NCBI RefSeq assembly: GCF_006345805.1
Contig: NC_043002.1
Span: 2,542,001 to 2,606,000 of the forward strand
Source of the DNA: Octopus sinensis
Lineage: Eukaryota
Direction: 5' to 3'
Length of the DNA: 64,000 nucleotides
The notes below the pieces were generated by a model, which saw only the letters and a list, made by a program, of their open reading frames with translations, ran no database searches and was not told the DNA's origin. Of this stretch, positions 25,880-39,135 are shown one piece after another (position 1 is the first letter of the stretch; the number at the start of each line of letters is the position of its first letter). A program made the position numbers and the translations under genes.

Positions 25880-26713
25880 CAGGGGGTGATGAGCAAATTG
25901 TCACCAATTTACATTTTTAATTCGCGCATGCGCGTGTTTGTTTGTTTTTTTGTCGACTACAGAGTATAGTAGGGTTAGTTGGGCACCGTCTGTGGGAAAA
26001 ACAGCACCATGATGCAATTCACTCTGCCAGAAATTTTGAAACGACCTGCTTTACAGCTTGGCATTCGCGTGTTTGGGTGTCAGTCTGAGGACAGTGCAAT
26101 GTGAGGACATGTACCGAGAGTGATAAAAATCAAACATCCAATCAACATCATGGTGCTTGGAGCAATCACTAGGGATGGCGACGCTATGCCTCCCTTCATC
26201 TTCACACACGGCCTCAGACTTAACAAGGAGGCCTACATCAAATGCCGGGGGGAGGCTGCATGAAGGCCTTATGCCTGGCAACAGGATTATGCATCAAGCC
26301 ACACAAGCAAGAGAACACAGTCATGGCTGTCTGACAATTTCTGCGACCACATCACCCCTAACATCTGGTCACCTAACCCCACCAGACTGCAGCCCCCATA
26401 ATTATTATGTATGGGGTGCAATTGAGCGAGAGTTCAACATAGCTCCTTATAATACCAAAGATGAACTGAAAGCAAGGATTATGGCAGCATTCACCAACTT
26501 CAACAAGGAGACTGTCCAGAAGAGCTGGAGGTGAATTCGGAAGCCGTCTGGAAGGGCGTGGTTGAAGCCAATGGCGATTTTATTGAATAAATTTAGTCAT
26601 TGACTTTTCAAGATATTTTTATGTAATTTTGGTAAATATTTCTGTTAAAATGGGATGTCGGTTTTCTTTTCATTTTTGCGTGATTTAGACGACAATATAT
26701 CCACTGCACTCTG
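25880..26713 (+). mobile_element. Internally deleted maT-like (Tc1/mariner superfamily) transposon
   Basis: Remnants MMQFTLPEI..., KIKHPINIMVLGAITRDGDAMPPFIF, PPDCSPHNYYVWGAIERE...KDELKARIMAAF. TA-cag...ctg-TA ends; TIR match imperfect. Confidence 0.7.
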
Positions 26714-27185
26714 TATATATTTATATGTAGAGTAATATTTATCCCCACCTAAAGATGGATGTTGTGTTAGAACTCAGAATACTGTGATAGTTATCATGAG
26801 AGAACCTTTCATGTGGACTTGTGGTGCTTATAAGCACTCACATTTATATCACTAGCGGATGCGTGTATGCTGCAGAAGTCCGTATGAGAGATTCTCTCAA
26901 AGAAAATAATGCAGTATTCTGTGCTCTAACGCAACATCCACTTTTACGTGAGGGTCAATATTACCTTTTCGTAGTAATACTGCTTCTGTCGCTATTAAAT
27001 ATACACACACACACACAAACACGCACAAACACACACATATGTGTATGTATGTATGTATGTATGTATGTATGTATGTATGTATGTATGTATGTATGTATGT
27101 ATGTATGAGTAGTTGAACGGTGACATACACACACAGACATTGATTACGGTTCGCTAATGAAGACACTTTACAACCGTGGCTTGCC

Positions 27186-27393
27186 GGTGGCGAGCTGGCA
27201 GAAATGTTAGCACGCTGGGCGAAATGCGTAGCCGTATTTCGTCTGCCGTTACGTTCTGAGTTCAAATTCCGCCGAGGAATTTACCTTTCATCCTTTCGTG
27301 GTCGATAAATTAAGTACCAGTGAAACACTGGTGGTCGATGTCATTGACTTAATCCCTTACCCCAAAATTTCAGGCCTTGTACATCCAGTAGAA
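27186..27393 (+). mobile_element. tRNA-derived SINE (second family)
   Basis: ggcgagctggcagaaa-gttagcacg...gagttcaaattccgccgagg...ggtcgataaattaagtacc. Related copies at ~41400-41510(-), ~46140-46290(-), 53423-54920(+) and ~55320-55535(-). Confidence 0.75.
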
Positions 27394-28563
27394 CTGTATT
27401 TGAGGTTTCCATATTCGTATAACATAGTCAATACATTCTTCCTTTTTATTGGCATCAAGACCTTCTTTTGGTGCTATTCATGTCCTTCATCGCTATCTAT
27501 CTCCCCCTTCTCTCTCTCTCTCTCATACATACATACATGCATGCATACATCTACGTATGCATGTGTGTATGTATACGTATATACACAGAGAGGGAGAGAG
27601 AGATTGACTTCCAAATGTTGCTGCTCTCGGAGTATTGTTAAAAGCATTGGACGAGATGCGTTGCAGTATCTGCTCCAAAAGTATGCGCTCTGGGTTCAAA
27701 TCCTGTCCATGGATTCAAATTCTACCGACACTGAGAGAAAGTACCAAGGCAGACTGTGATACTGGCACTACTTTGCATTCGTCTCATCGTAGCATAGTTG
27801 TGCTAGAGATTTTGTGAGGATTGAACTCACGAATCTGTCTGCACACTGACAAACTTCCTTTTCGACAACTGGAAATACAGACCAGTTAAAAGGTGAGATT
27901 TCAACAAATTCTTGGCGAACATACAACTTGCGTCTGTGTGTCTCCGTGTTTCAACACGTCTATGTGTGTGTGTGACTCTACATGAAAACGCAGACTACTG
28001 ATATATGTGTGTGTATGTGTGTGTCTATACATCCACAAATGCACGTAGATATATGCACACATTCAGATGTGTGTGTGTGTGTGTGTGTGTCTGTGTGTAT
28101 CTGTCTGTTTGTGCTAACATCAAAATGTAATAAAAACAACTTAATCTGTATTATGCAGATTAAAATAATATGTGTATTAGATTGCAGACGTTCAGATCTC
28201 ACAGATTTCTATTTTATGTGTGTATGTGTGCGTGTGTGTCTATATATGTATATATGTGTGTGTGTGTGTTGTGTGTGTGTGAGTTTATAAATATATATAT
28301 ATATACATATATATGTATGTATGTATATGTTTGTGTGTGTATGTAGGTATGAGTGTGTATGTGTGTGTGTTTATAAATGTATATATATATATATATATAC
28401 ACACACATGCAAATACATGTATGTATGTATATATATATGTATACATGCATACACACACATAAATACATACAGAAACATGTATGTATGTATATGTTTGTGT
28501 GTGTGTATGTTTATATGTATTATGTGTGTGTGTTTATAAATATATGTATATATATATATATTA

Positions 28564-28594
<31 letters not shown>

Positions 28595-28603
28595 GTATAA
28601 TAG

Positions 28604-28651
<48 letters not shown>

Positions 28652-28764
28652 TATGCGTGTATATATATATATGTATACACGCATACACCATAGAGAAACA
28701 TGTATGTATATGTTTGTGTGTGTGTATGTATGTTTATGAGTTAATGTATGTATGTGTGTGTATT

Positions 28765-28840
<76 letters not shown>

Positions 28841-30348
28841 ATGTATACACACCCACTAATGGGGAAAGAGACGTCTTGCACTGATACACACCCTATTTAT
28901 AAAAGCTCAATGTTAAGTTTTTCGTAAAAGAAACGAATCGCAGTAAAAGAGGCGAAACCAGCGAAAAGAATCATAATATATGCAGAGTCACAGCATCTCT
29001 GCAAGAAGAAATGTAACTGAATTACCATTCTAAGTGTGTTCCACTTTGTTTTGAAGAGGCTAAATATGAAATTAACTCTAGCAATATTTAAAAAGATAAT
29101 TCATATTGATATATGCATGTAAATGTCAGGAGAGTTCTCAGTATCAATATATCGGCCGTTCTTAATGTTAGTCCGATGATAAATTTTTTTTTATCTATCC
29201 TACAGACTCTGTGCGTATGAATATATTAAACTTGTTTTTAAATCTGACGCCTATTCTATTGAATTTGGCTTCGTGTTTTTGAGAAATACATACCATTCTG
29301 CAACTATGAATTGGTTATAAATATCTTTATAAGTCAGCTCTCATTCCACTGAAGATTCCGCATGCAACACGTGAAACTTTACGCCCTCAAACTTTAAAAT
29401 ATCATCCGAAGAATATTTAATTTTGTATACAGGGAGTAGCGTCCCTGCCCTTCCTCAGCTAGTTTTCCACAACATTTCTTTAAACTCGTGGTAGAAGCCT
29501 TGGTTTCGGGACACCTCATATCCGGGGGTAAGCAAAGACATGCTCCCTGTAGAAAATCCAGCTCCAAAAAAACATCAGGATAGCAAAGGAGAATGTGCAC
29601 CATCCCAAAGGTTGGGGTGGGCTGCACCTACCTACGTCCGTTGCTATGGTATTGAGGTGGATCCGGCCACCCCCGTTGGCGCGCGCAAAAAAACAGTTTT
29701 AAAACATTGAATGAAGAATATACGTAAATATAGATCATGTTGTTTCCAGCATATTTCACTGTTTAAGAACATCCATATCGAATGCCTGTCTTCAGATATC
29801 GAGCACTTCTGTGACTCAGACATTCCTGCATCAATACGGCACTGGCAATATTGCACGACTAAATTATATGTGTGTGTGTTTGCATTTATATGTTCAAGCT
29901 TACACTATCGTACATAGTAAGGAGTCACACACACACACACACACACACATACTTACACACGTTCACACACACACGCACACACACGCTCACATACACGCTC
30001 ACACACACGCTCACACACACGCTCACACACACGTGCATATTTATATACATGATTGCACATATATACTATGAATATACATACATATAGATAGAGAGAGACA
30101 GACAGTCAGACAAACAGACAGAAACAGACAACCAGACAGGCAGACAGATAGAGACACAGATAGATAGATAATAGATAGATACATACATACATACATACAT
30201 ACATACATACACACATACACACATGCATACATACATGCAATCATACACACACGCACATGCATCCATGCACGCATGCATAAATACATACACAAATACATAA
30301 ATGCATATACACACGCACGCAGAAAAACACACCCACCTACACACACAT

Positions 30349-30386
<38 letters not shown>

Positions 30387-30439
30387 CCATCCTTCTCTAA
30401 TTACCTTTTCCCCTCCTCCTTCACCGTCTTCTACCGTCT

Positions 30440-30560
30440 CTCCCATCTTTCTCTTTCTCTCTCTCTCTCTCTCTTGTTGCGCACACATGACCATCGTCCA
30501 TCTTCCTTTTCCTCACGTGACCATCTTTCTTTTCATGCGCGGGAGCTTAAAAGAACGGAC

Positions 30561-30599
<39 letters not shown>

Positions 30600-30860
30600 C
30601 TTTTCTCTTTTCAAAAGAAATGTTTCTCCCAGCGTTCACTATTTTCCTCCCGTTCTGGTCTAACGACTCTCCATGTTTGTTCTCGTTCGGTTTCCTTGAA
30701 TGTTTCCATTGTCATCTTTTTGTTCCCAAATTTAACCCTCCATAAGTCCTAAATTTAATTTTAGAATTTGTGGGATCAACTGTCTTTGAAGTCTCTTGTT
30801 GTCGTTGAATGCTCGAAATGAGGAGTAGACAGACAGCCGGCGACTATGAACGTTCCTTTT
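30440..30860 (+). repeat. Dispersed repeat with an inverted, diverged copy at ~36280-36720
   Basis: catgaccatcgtccatcttccttttcctcacgtg and gaatgctcgaaatgaggagtaga occur reverse-complemented at ~36610-36645 and ~36315-36340. Confidence 0.75.
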
Positions 30861-31250
30861 TCTGTGTTTACCCAACCTGTTTTCCATTTTTTACTTGTTG
30901 TCTACGTATTTCACTCGTTTGTCCTACGCTCGTTTACGTATTTCATGTATTTTGCACCGTTGATGGCATCCTGTCCTCATATATGCACGTCTATATATAT
31001 ATACATATATATATATATAATATATTATATATATTATAATATATATATATATATTATATATATATATATATATATAGATTATATATATATGTAATATATA
31101 TATATATATATATAGATATATATGTATGTATATATATGATATAAAATATATATATATATATAATATATATATGTATATATATATATATATATCTATATAT
31201 ATATATATATATATATAGATATTATATATAATATATTATATATATACATT

Positions 31251-31352
31251 ATAGAAGGAGCTTCTCACAGGACTAGAACTGTTTCATTCAATTGAAATCA
31301 TCGATGATTTCATTTGAATGAAACAGTTCTAGTCCGTAGAAGCTCCTTCTAT
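31251..31352. repeat. ~100 bp spacer-less palindrome made of two HHR 3' halves
   Basis: Axis at 31302/31303 (tcatc|gatga); the arms match the 22318-22370 HHR repeat. Confidence 0.85.
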
Positions 31353-31893
31353 AAAATAAATTAATTTACTCTGCTATGTATTGAGTACCTATTTACTGTG
31401 GTTAACCCGACCCCGACTCCACGGGGACCTACATATATATATATATATATATAGATATATATAATATATATATATAATATATTATATATATATATATATA
31501 TATCTAATATTATATTAAATTAGGATAAAACCACTATTAGGCAAATCAAACAGTGAAAATCATAAGCCATACATAGAAATAAATTAATTAAAAAATATAA
31601 AATATAAATATAAAATATAAAATTACAAATTAAAATATTTAATTAAAGTTAAAATTTAAAATAATTTAAAATTAAACTTATAAACTTTAAATATATATAT
31701 ACTTGGAAAATGGATGCGTGACGTTCAAACAAATAATAATATAAATAATATATATATATTGTAATATATATATATATTATATATAATATATATAATATAG
31801 ATAAATATTATTAGAGACAAACCACTATTTTGCAAACAAACAAGGAAAGACTTAATCAATACATAAAATTTTAATAAATAGTCAAAAAAACCA

Positions 31894-31936
31894 CCACTAC
31901 AATTGTTTCTTGTCTTGATCGACAATCTTCAGGTGG
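31894..31936 (-). ncRNA. Minimal type I hammerhead ribozyme (43 nt)
   Basis: Reverse complement identical to 35715-35757. Confidence 0.85.
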
Positions 31937-34900
31937 ACTTCCAATCTAAAATATCAATATTTTAAAATATAAAAATAATAATTTTAAAATAATTAAAGTA
32001 TGAATGAAAAAATATAAAAATAATAACATATATAACCTATATATAATCCATTATAATCAATATATAAACTATATAAACTAAAATAAACCTATCACAATTA
32101 ATATAAAATATAATATAAAATATAAAATATAAACAAAACACAAAAATAATAATAATATAATAATAAACTATATCTACCACCCCATACACATATACCTAAT
32201 TTATATCTAACCATATCTAACTACATACACTAAATCACACCCCTATATAGATATCCATACATACACATAAAACGTCTAGGCAACTATAAATAAATAAAAT
32301 AGCTAAATACTTCAACACAATACTTATTCATACTCCCACACACACACACATACAACCCACATTCACAGCTCTAGAAAACGGACATCACTTAAATTATGAC
32401 GGAGAATGGAATAAATGGAATTAAAAATTATATTCACTTGGTAAACAACACTACTTAAAAATTGAATGAAACAATGCAATAAAACAACAGACATCGCAAA
32501 TAGACACAAATTACTACGAATTCTAACAAACCTACCATGATAAACCACAACTCATAAAAACATATAATGATAAAATCTCCCTTTACTAACTCTATAACAT
32601 ACCTATATAGCAATCCCCCTAACCTAAACATTCACATACAATACACACACGTAACCCACAACCCCACGACATATACAAATACCCACACACTTACACATAC
32701 CTATACATACATATAAACCTCAACATATACTCCAAAAACCCACTCAACCCAACACACAGACAATAAACACAAAAATTATGAATGGATTCTTTTATAAAAC
32801 TACCATGATAAGCTAAAACTCACAAAACATAAATGAATAAAACCTCCCTTTACTAAACACTATAACATACTATATAGCAATCCCTTTAACCTATACATTC
32901 ACAACAAACACACACGAAAACCACACACCCCATAACAATACAAACACCCACCCCACTCACACACACCCACAAGTACATATAAGCCTCAACATATACACCA
33001 AACAAAATTACTTTACCAAGGAACTTAACATATGTATAACAAGTTAACCGCTCTGGAAACGAACATCTTTTAAAAAATATGAATGGAGAAATGGAATAAA
33101 TGGAATTAAAAAAAATATTTCACGTGGCAAAACGAACACCACTCAAAAAATTATGAATGAAACAATGTAATAAAACAACCACATCGAAAATAGACAATTA
33201 CCACGAATTCCCTAAAAAAACCATGATAAACCAAAACTCTTAAAACATATAACGATATAATCTCCCTTTGCTAAACTCTATAACAAACCTATATAGCAAT
33301 CCCCCTAACCTAAACATTCACACACAAAAAAACACACACGTAAACCACAGACCCACGACTTATACACATACCTATACTAACTTATACAACCTCAAATATA
33401 CACCAAAAACCCACTCCCTCCCCACACAGACAAATTAACACATACATCCCAAAACCTAAATAACAAACCCATATACACATTCACACACAAACCACACACA
33501 CACGCAAAACACACACACACAACAGATACATATACTCCCTCACATATACGCATATACCCTACTCACTAAACTCGATATATAACACAATATTTACACACCC
33601 ACACTCATACAGATAAATAAATTATACAACTAAAAACTCACACACAATCTCACATACATAAACACTCCAATAAAAAAAAACAACATTAATACATCGTAAT
33701 TAACCAGAATATCAAAAATAACAATATGACATAAGGAGAAATAAAATACATACTTACAAGTCAGTTTCAAATTATGAAGTGAAATTAAATTCTTAGCCGT
33801 TAAAAACCAAACCAAAATTACGTTACCATAGAAATATAACTTATGTAAAAAGAAATACGCGCCATGGAAAGTAAACGTCATTTAAAATTATGAATGGAGA
33901 AATAGAATAATGGAACTAAAAACTATATCCACGTGGCAAACCAACACTACTTACAAAAAATTTATTATGAATGGATTCTTTAATAAAACTACCATAATAA
34001 ATTATTATATACAATTATGAGCTTTAGCTCATCTTAGCAGCTCTAACAAACAACTTGCAGTAACCCCAATCTATTCTCGATACCTGCCTTACTACTACAC
34101 TATTCCATTCCCAATTCCAAGCAACGCTAGCCCACCACCCGGTTACAATTCCCAACTCCACCCATTCATTCACAATTTCAACGACGTTCAACTCCACAGC
34201 GCTACATATAAGCCTCAACATATACACCGGAGATTCGCTTTCAATCCGTGCGGATGGGTGAGAGTATACATTGAGTGTAGTGATGGGGCTCCCATTACTA
34301 TTTGTACCTGTGTGGTAGTCTCCATGTGTATATAGGGGGATTGCTATATAGGTTTGTTATAGAGTTTAGCAAAGGGAGATTTTATCGTTATATGTTTTTA
34401 AGAGTTTTGGTTTATCATGGTTTTTTTTAGGGAATTCGTGGTAATTTGTCTATTTTCGATGTTGGTTGTTTTATTACATTGTTTCATTCATAATTTTTGA
34501 GTGGTGTTCGTTTTGCCACGTGAATATTATTTTTAATTCCATTTATTCCATTTCTCCATTCATTATTTTAAAAGATGTTCGTTTCCAGAGCGGTTATACT
34601 TGTTATACATATGTTAAGTTCCTTGGTAAAGTAATTTTGTTTGGTGTATATGTTGAGGCTTATATGTACTTGTGGGTGTGTGTGAGTGGGGTGGGTGTTT
34701 GTATTTGTTATGGGTGTGTGTTTACGTGTGTGTATTTGTGTGTGAATGTATAGGTTAAAGGGATTGCTATATAAGTATGTTATAGTGTTTAGTAAAGGGA
34801 GGTTTTATCATTTATGTTTTGTGAGTTTTAGCTTATCATGGTAGTTTTATAAAAGAATCCATTCATAATTTTTGTGTTTATTTGTCTGTGTGGGGTTGAG

Positions 34901-35714
34901 TGGGTTTTTGGAGTATATGTTGAGGTTTATATGTATGTATAGGTATGTGTAAGTGGTGTGGGTATTTGTATATGTCGTGGGTGTGTGGTTTACGTGTGTG
35001 TATTTGTATGTGAATGTTTAGGTTAGGGGGATTGCTATATAGGTATGTTATAGAGTTTAGTAAAGGGAGATTTTATCATTATATGTTTTTATGAGTTGTG
35101 GTTTATCATGGTAGGTTTGTTAAGGAATTCGTAGTAATTTGTGTCTATTTGCGATGTCTGTTGTTTTATTGCATTGTTTCATTCATAATTTTTAAGTAGT
35201 GTTCGTTTTACCAAGTGAATATAATTTTTAATTCCATTTCTCCGTTCATAATTTTAAGTGATGTCCGTTTTCTAGAGCGTGAATGTGGGTTGTATGTGTG
35301 GTGTGTGTGGGAGTATGAATAAGTATTGTGTTGAAGTATTTAGCTATTTTATTTATTTATAGTTGCCTAGACGTTTTTATGTATATGTATAGGGATATAT
35401 ATATAGGGGTGTGATTTAGTGTATGTAGTTAGATATGGTTATATATAATTAGGTATATGTGTATGGGTGTATATATAGTTTATTATTATTATTATTATTT
35501 TTTTGTTTTGTTTTATATTTTATATTTTATATTTTATATTTTATATTTAATTGTTGATAGGTTTATTTTAGTTTATATATTGTTTATATTGATTATATAT
35601 GGATTATATATAGGTTATATATGGATTATATTTTTATATTTTTTCATTCATACTTTAATTATTTTAAAATTATTATTTTTATATTTTAAAATATTGATAT
35701 TTTAGATTGGAAGT

Positions 35715-35757
35715 CCACCTGAAGATTGTCGATCAAGACAAGAAACAATTGTAGTGG
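35715..35757 (+). ncRNA. Minimal type I hammerhead ribozyme (43 nt)
   Basis: CCAC / CTGAAGA / TTGTC-GATCAA-GACAA / GAAA / CAATTG / (G)TA / GTGG. Confidence 0.88.
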
Positions 35758-35929
35758 CGGTTTTTTTGACTATTTATTAAAATTTTATGTATTGATTAAG
35801 TCTTTCCTTGTTTGTTTTGCAAAATAGTGGTTTTGTCTCTAATAATATTTTATAATATTTTACTATAAAATTGGATTTAATCCTAAATCTGATTTTTTCC
35901 CTGTAAATTTGGATTTATTCCCTAATATT

Positions 35930-35979
<50 letters not shown>

Positions 35980-36107
35980 ATCACGTGACCGACCAGGCTA
36001 TCAGATGTTGCTACACATCGCTGGTCACAGTGCGGTTCGCATTGTTTTACCCTTCAAACGACGCCACCCCGCTGGCTAAGCGAGCAGGCCATATATATAT
36101 ACATATA

Positions 36108-36172
<65 letters not shown>

Positions 36173-37047
36173 TATATGGGTAAAGGACGACGAAAACAGT
36201 AAACAACATGAAATAGAAGAACAAATGAGTTGAATACGCAAAGAACGGGAGGAACGGATTGAAAACAGGACAAGTTTCATAAAGAAAAGCCTTTCATCAG
36301 TTATCGGCTGCCTATCTACTCCTCATTTCGAGCATTGAACGATGGTATGTGTCTTCGAAGGCGGTTGCTCCCACGAAAGCCGAAATGAAATTTGGGATTT
36401 ATGGAGAGTCAAAGCTGGTAACAAAAACAAGACAGTGGAGACAAACAAGGAAACCGAACGAAAACAAACATGGTAGGTCGTTAGACCAGAACGAGGGTAA
36501 AATAGCGAACGCTGGAGAAATAGTTTCTTTGACAAGAGAAAAGACAGAAGCGAGAGATAGGTAGGACACGTCTAGCTTCTAGGACAGCACTGAAAGAAAA
36601 GAAAGATGATCACGTGAGGAAAAGGAAGATGGACGATGGTCACGTGTGAGCAACGAAAGAGATTAAAGGAGAAAGATGGAAAGATAGAGAGAGATAGAAA
36701 ACGGTGAAGGGGAGAAAAAAGGAATTAGACAAAGGATGAGAGAGAAAAAGATAGGGGGGAGAAGAGTATAGTGTAGAGTTGCATCAAAAAGATTAAGATT
36801 AACTTACTTGGAAATGGATGCGTGGCGTTCAATCAAATAATAATATAAATAATATATATACATATATATTATTTTTATTTATACATATATATGTATATAT
36901 ATTATTTATATATATATTATATGTGTGTGTGTGTGTGTGTGCATATATATATTTATTTATTTTAAATATATACACACATATACATGATTGCAGATATGCA
37001 TACATACATACAGACAGATAGATAGATGCATACAAACATACATACAC

Positions 37048-37100
<53 letters not shown>

Positions 37101-37677
37101 AACACACATACATAAATACCTACCTACATACATACATACATACATACATACATACATACATACATACATACATACATACATACATACATACATCTTGTAA
37201 GTAGTTCAAAACAACGTTTGGATTATGAAACATATTAAGTTAAATATCAGTATATTGAACGTATGCAAATAAATTTGTGCATACTTTAGTCGCTTTGTGA
37301 AACAATTTAATCCTCGGGCCATGGACCGAAGACACTTCCATGAGAACAGGAGAATAATTTTGAATAACTTTACATCGAGAGAATATAATTTAATAAAATA
37401 CTTCCTCTATTGTATTAGGTTTTCTATAATTTCCATTTAGATGCTTGTGTTAACAATAGCGCCGTCTGTTCTAAAGAGAGTATCATATATACACGCACAC
37501 ACACACAGAGGCATATATGAATACAAAGATGCATACATATTTAAACAAACATACATATACATACATCCACACATACATTCATATTTACATACATACATGC
37601 ATACATACATACATACATCCATCCATACATACATCCATACATCCATCCATCCATACATACATACATACATACATACA

Positions 37678-37709
<32 letters not shown>

Positions 37710-38587
37710 GTCATATATACGTACGTATATGCATGTGTGTGCATGTATAGAAACAGAGAGAGATAGGTAGATAGACAGGTACAGAGACCGATAAACAGAA
37801 GAATGATGTACATCCATAGACAGACAGAGAGAGAGGTGGAGGGGTGGGGTGATGCTTACATTATATAGGTGTGCGCATGCGTGCGCACATGTATGCTGTG
37901 TCTTCCACAACTCAATAACCTGCTATTTTCGATATTCATCAGAATGTTCGTATTCCTTTCAAATTTATAGATTTTATAATTTCTTGTGATATCGTTGTTG
38001 TAGTTGTTGCTATCATCGTCGTTGTTGTTGTTATTGTTGTTATGGATTAATCCTAGATCAACCCTGATCGAGCATTCTTCTCTTCAAATAGTTTCCTGTC
38101 ACAGCAATCTTTTTTCTTGTTCTTTATTCTTTATTCAAACACGGTAATCTAAGACTAATTTGTCGAGAAATTGTAGTTGGATGTGAAAAGAGGGAAAACT
38201 TTGCTCCTATTTCTAGCAGGTTGTGCGCAGCCACTTAGAGGCCCTGCTGTTTTGTTCATATTATTTTCTGTGTTGCTGTGTAATACTTGTAAATTTTTCA
38301 TCTTTCAAAAAATAGTGAAAATCTCAGCGTGAAAAATCAGTTTTGTTTTGTTTTTTTGCTGTTTTTTTTGTGTGTTTCTTTCTGTTATTATTTAATTACT
38401 AGAGTCATGTGATTTTTACTTTAAAAATTTAATTTTTTTTCTTTTTACATTTCTTCATTTCCATTTTAATTTTTTTCGCTCCTTTTTATTTTTATTTTCA
38501 ATCTTTAAGATTTCGCTGCTTTTTTTTCTAGTTTAATTTTTTATTATTATCATTATTATTCAACATGTTTGTTTTTTTTTCATCTAG

Positions 38588-38666
38588 ATAGATATGAATC
38601 GTTATGTTCCATCGCCACTAAACAAGCGCAGATATGCAGCCTTCGTGATCTGCGTCATGGCTTCAG
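38588..38666 (+). other. Candidate exon (unidentified)
   Basis: Long T-rich tract then ...ttttttttcatctAG; GTAATG donor; two frames open (e.g. IDMNRYVPSPLNKRRYAAFVICVMAS). No recognisable homology. Confidence 0.25.
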
Positions 38667-38894
38667 GTAATGCAATTTAATCATTTCATTAACACTATTC
38701 ATAGCATTTCTAGTTCAATATGAAGGAAAGTTATTCGGTGATCGGGAAAGAGAACGTGGTCTGCTGAGGAAAACTCTTCAGGATTTTGCCTCAAGAAGCA
38801 GAAAGACTTCGGACTTGAATACAGGAAGCATATGTAGATATCAGATGATCATGTGATCTATCGAACTTTCGGATGTTGTTATACATCTCTGGTC

Positions 38895-39135
38895 ATAATG
38901 CGCTTTGCATAGTTTTAGGTTTCGAACGATGCCACCCGACTGGCAGGGCGAGCAAGCCCACATTCCCTATGACCGGAAGGCTATCCCGTCGCAGTGTTAC
39001 CCAGTTACAGCTGTGTGGACAGGGGCAACGTAAAATGAAGTATTTCGCTCAAGAATACAACGCGCGACTCTATCCGGAAAGCGAACCCTCCATCTAGCGA
39101 TCGTGAGTCCAACACTCTAACCACTATGCCACGCA
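38895..39135 (-). mobile_element. tRNA-derived SINE
   Basis: Same family as 24030-24250 (tgtggacaggggcaacgtaaaatgaagtatttcgctcaagaatacaacgcg on +). Confidence 0.65.

Larger units (their letters stand above)
31803..35850. mobile_element. ~4 kb palindrome: ~1.5 kb arms (31803-33306 / 34334-35850) with ~1 kb spacer, tandem subrepeats, HHR near each outer end
   Basis: Arms align as reverse complements by eye, differing mostly by 1-nt indels. The left arm is A+C-rich and nearly G-free on +; the right arm is G+T-rich. Confidence 0.88.

Noticed and set aside
31803-34320. Mitochondrial control-region NUMT (strong A+C skew, tandem repeats)
   Set aside because: No adjacent mitochondrial gene or tRNA is recognisable, and the terminal HHR/pLTR-like segment points to a PLE-related origin. 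A BLAST against mitogenomes would settle it.
36270-36310. Hammerhead at CTGATGA (minus strand), also CTGATGA at ~45960
   Set aside because: The core word is present but I could not build convincing stems I-III.
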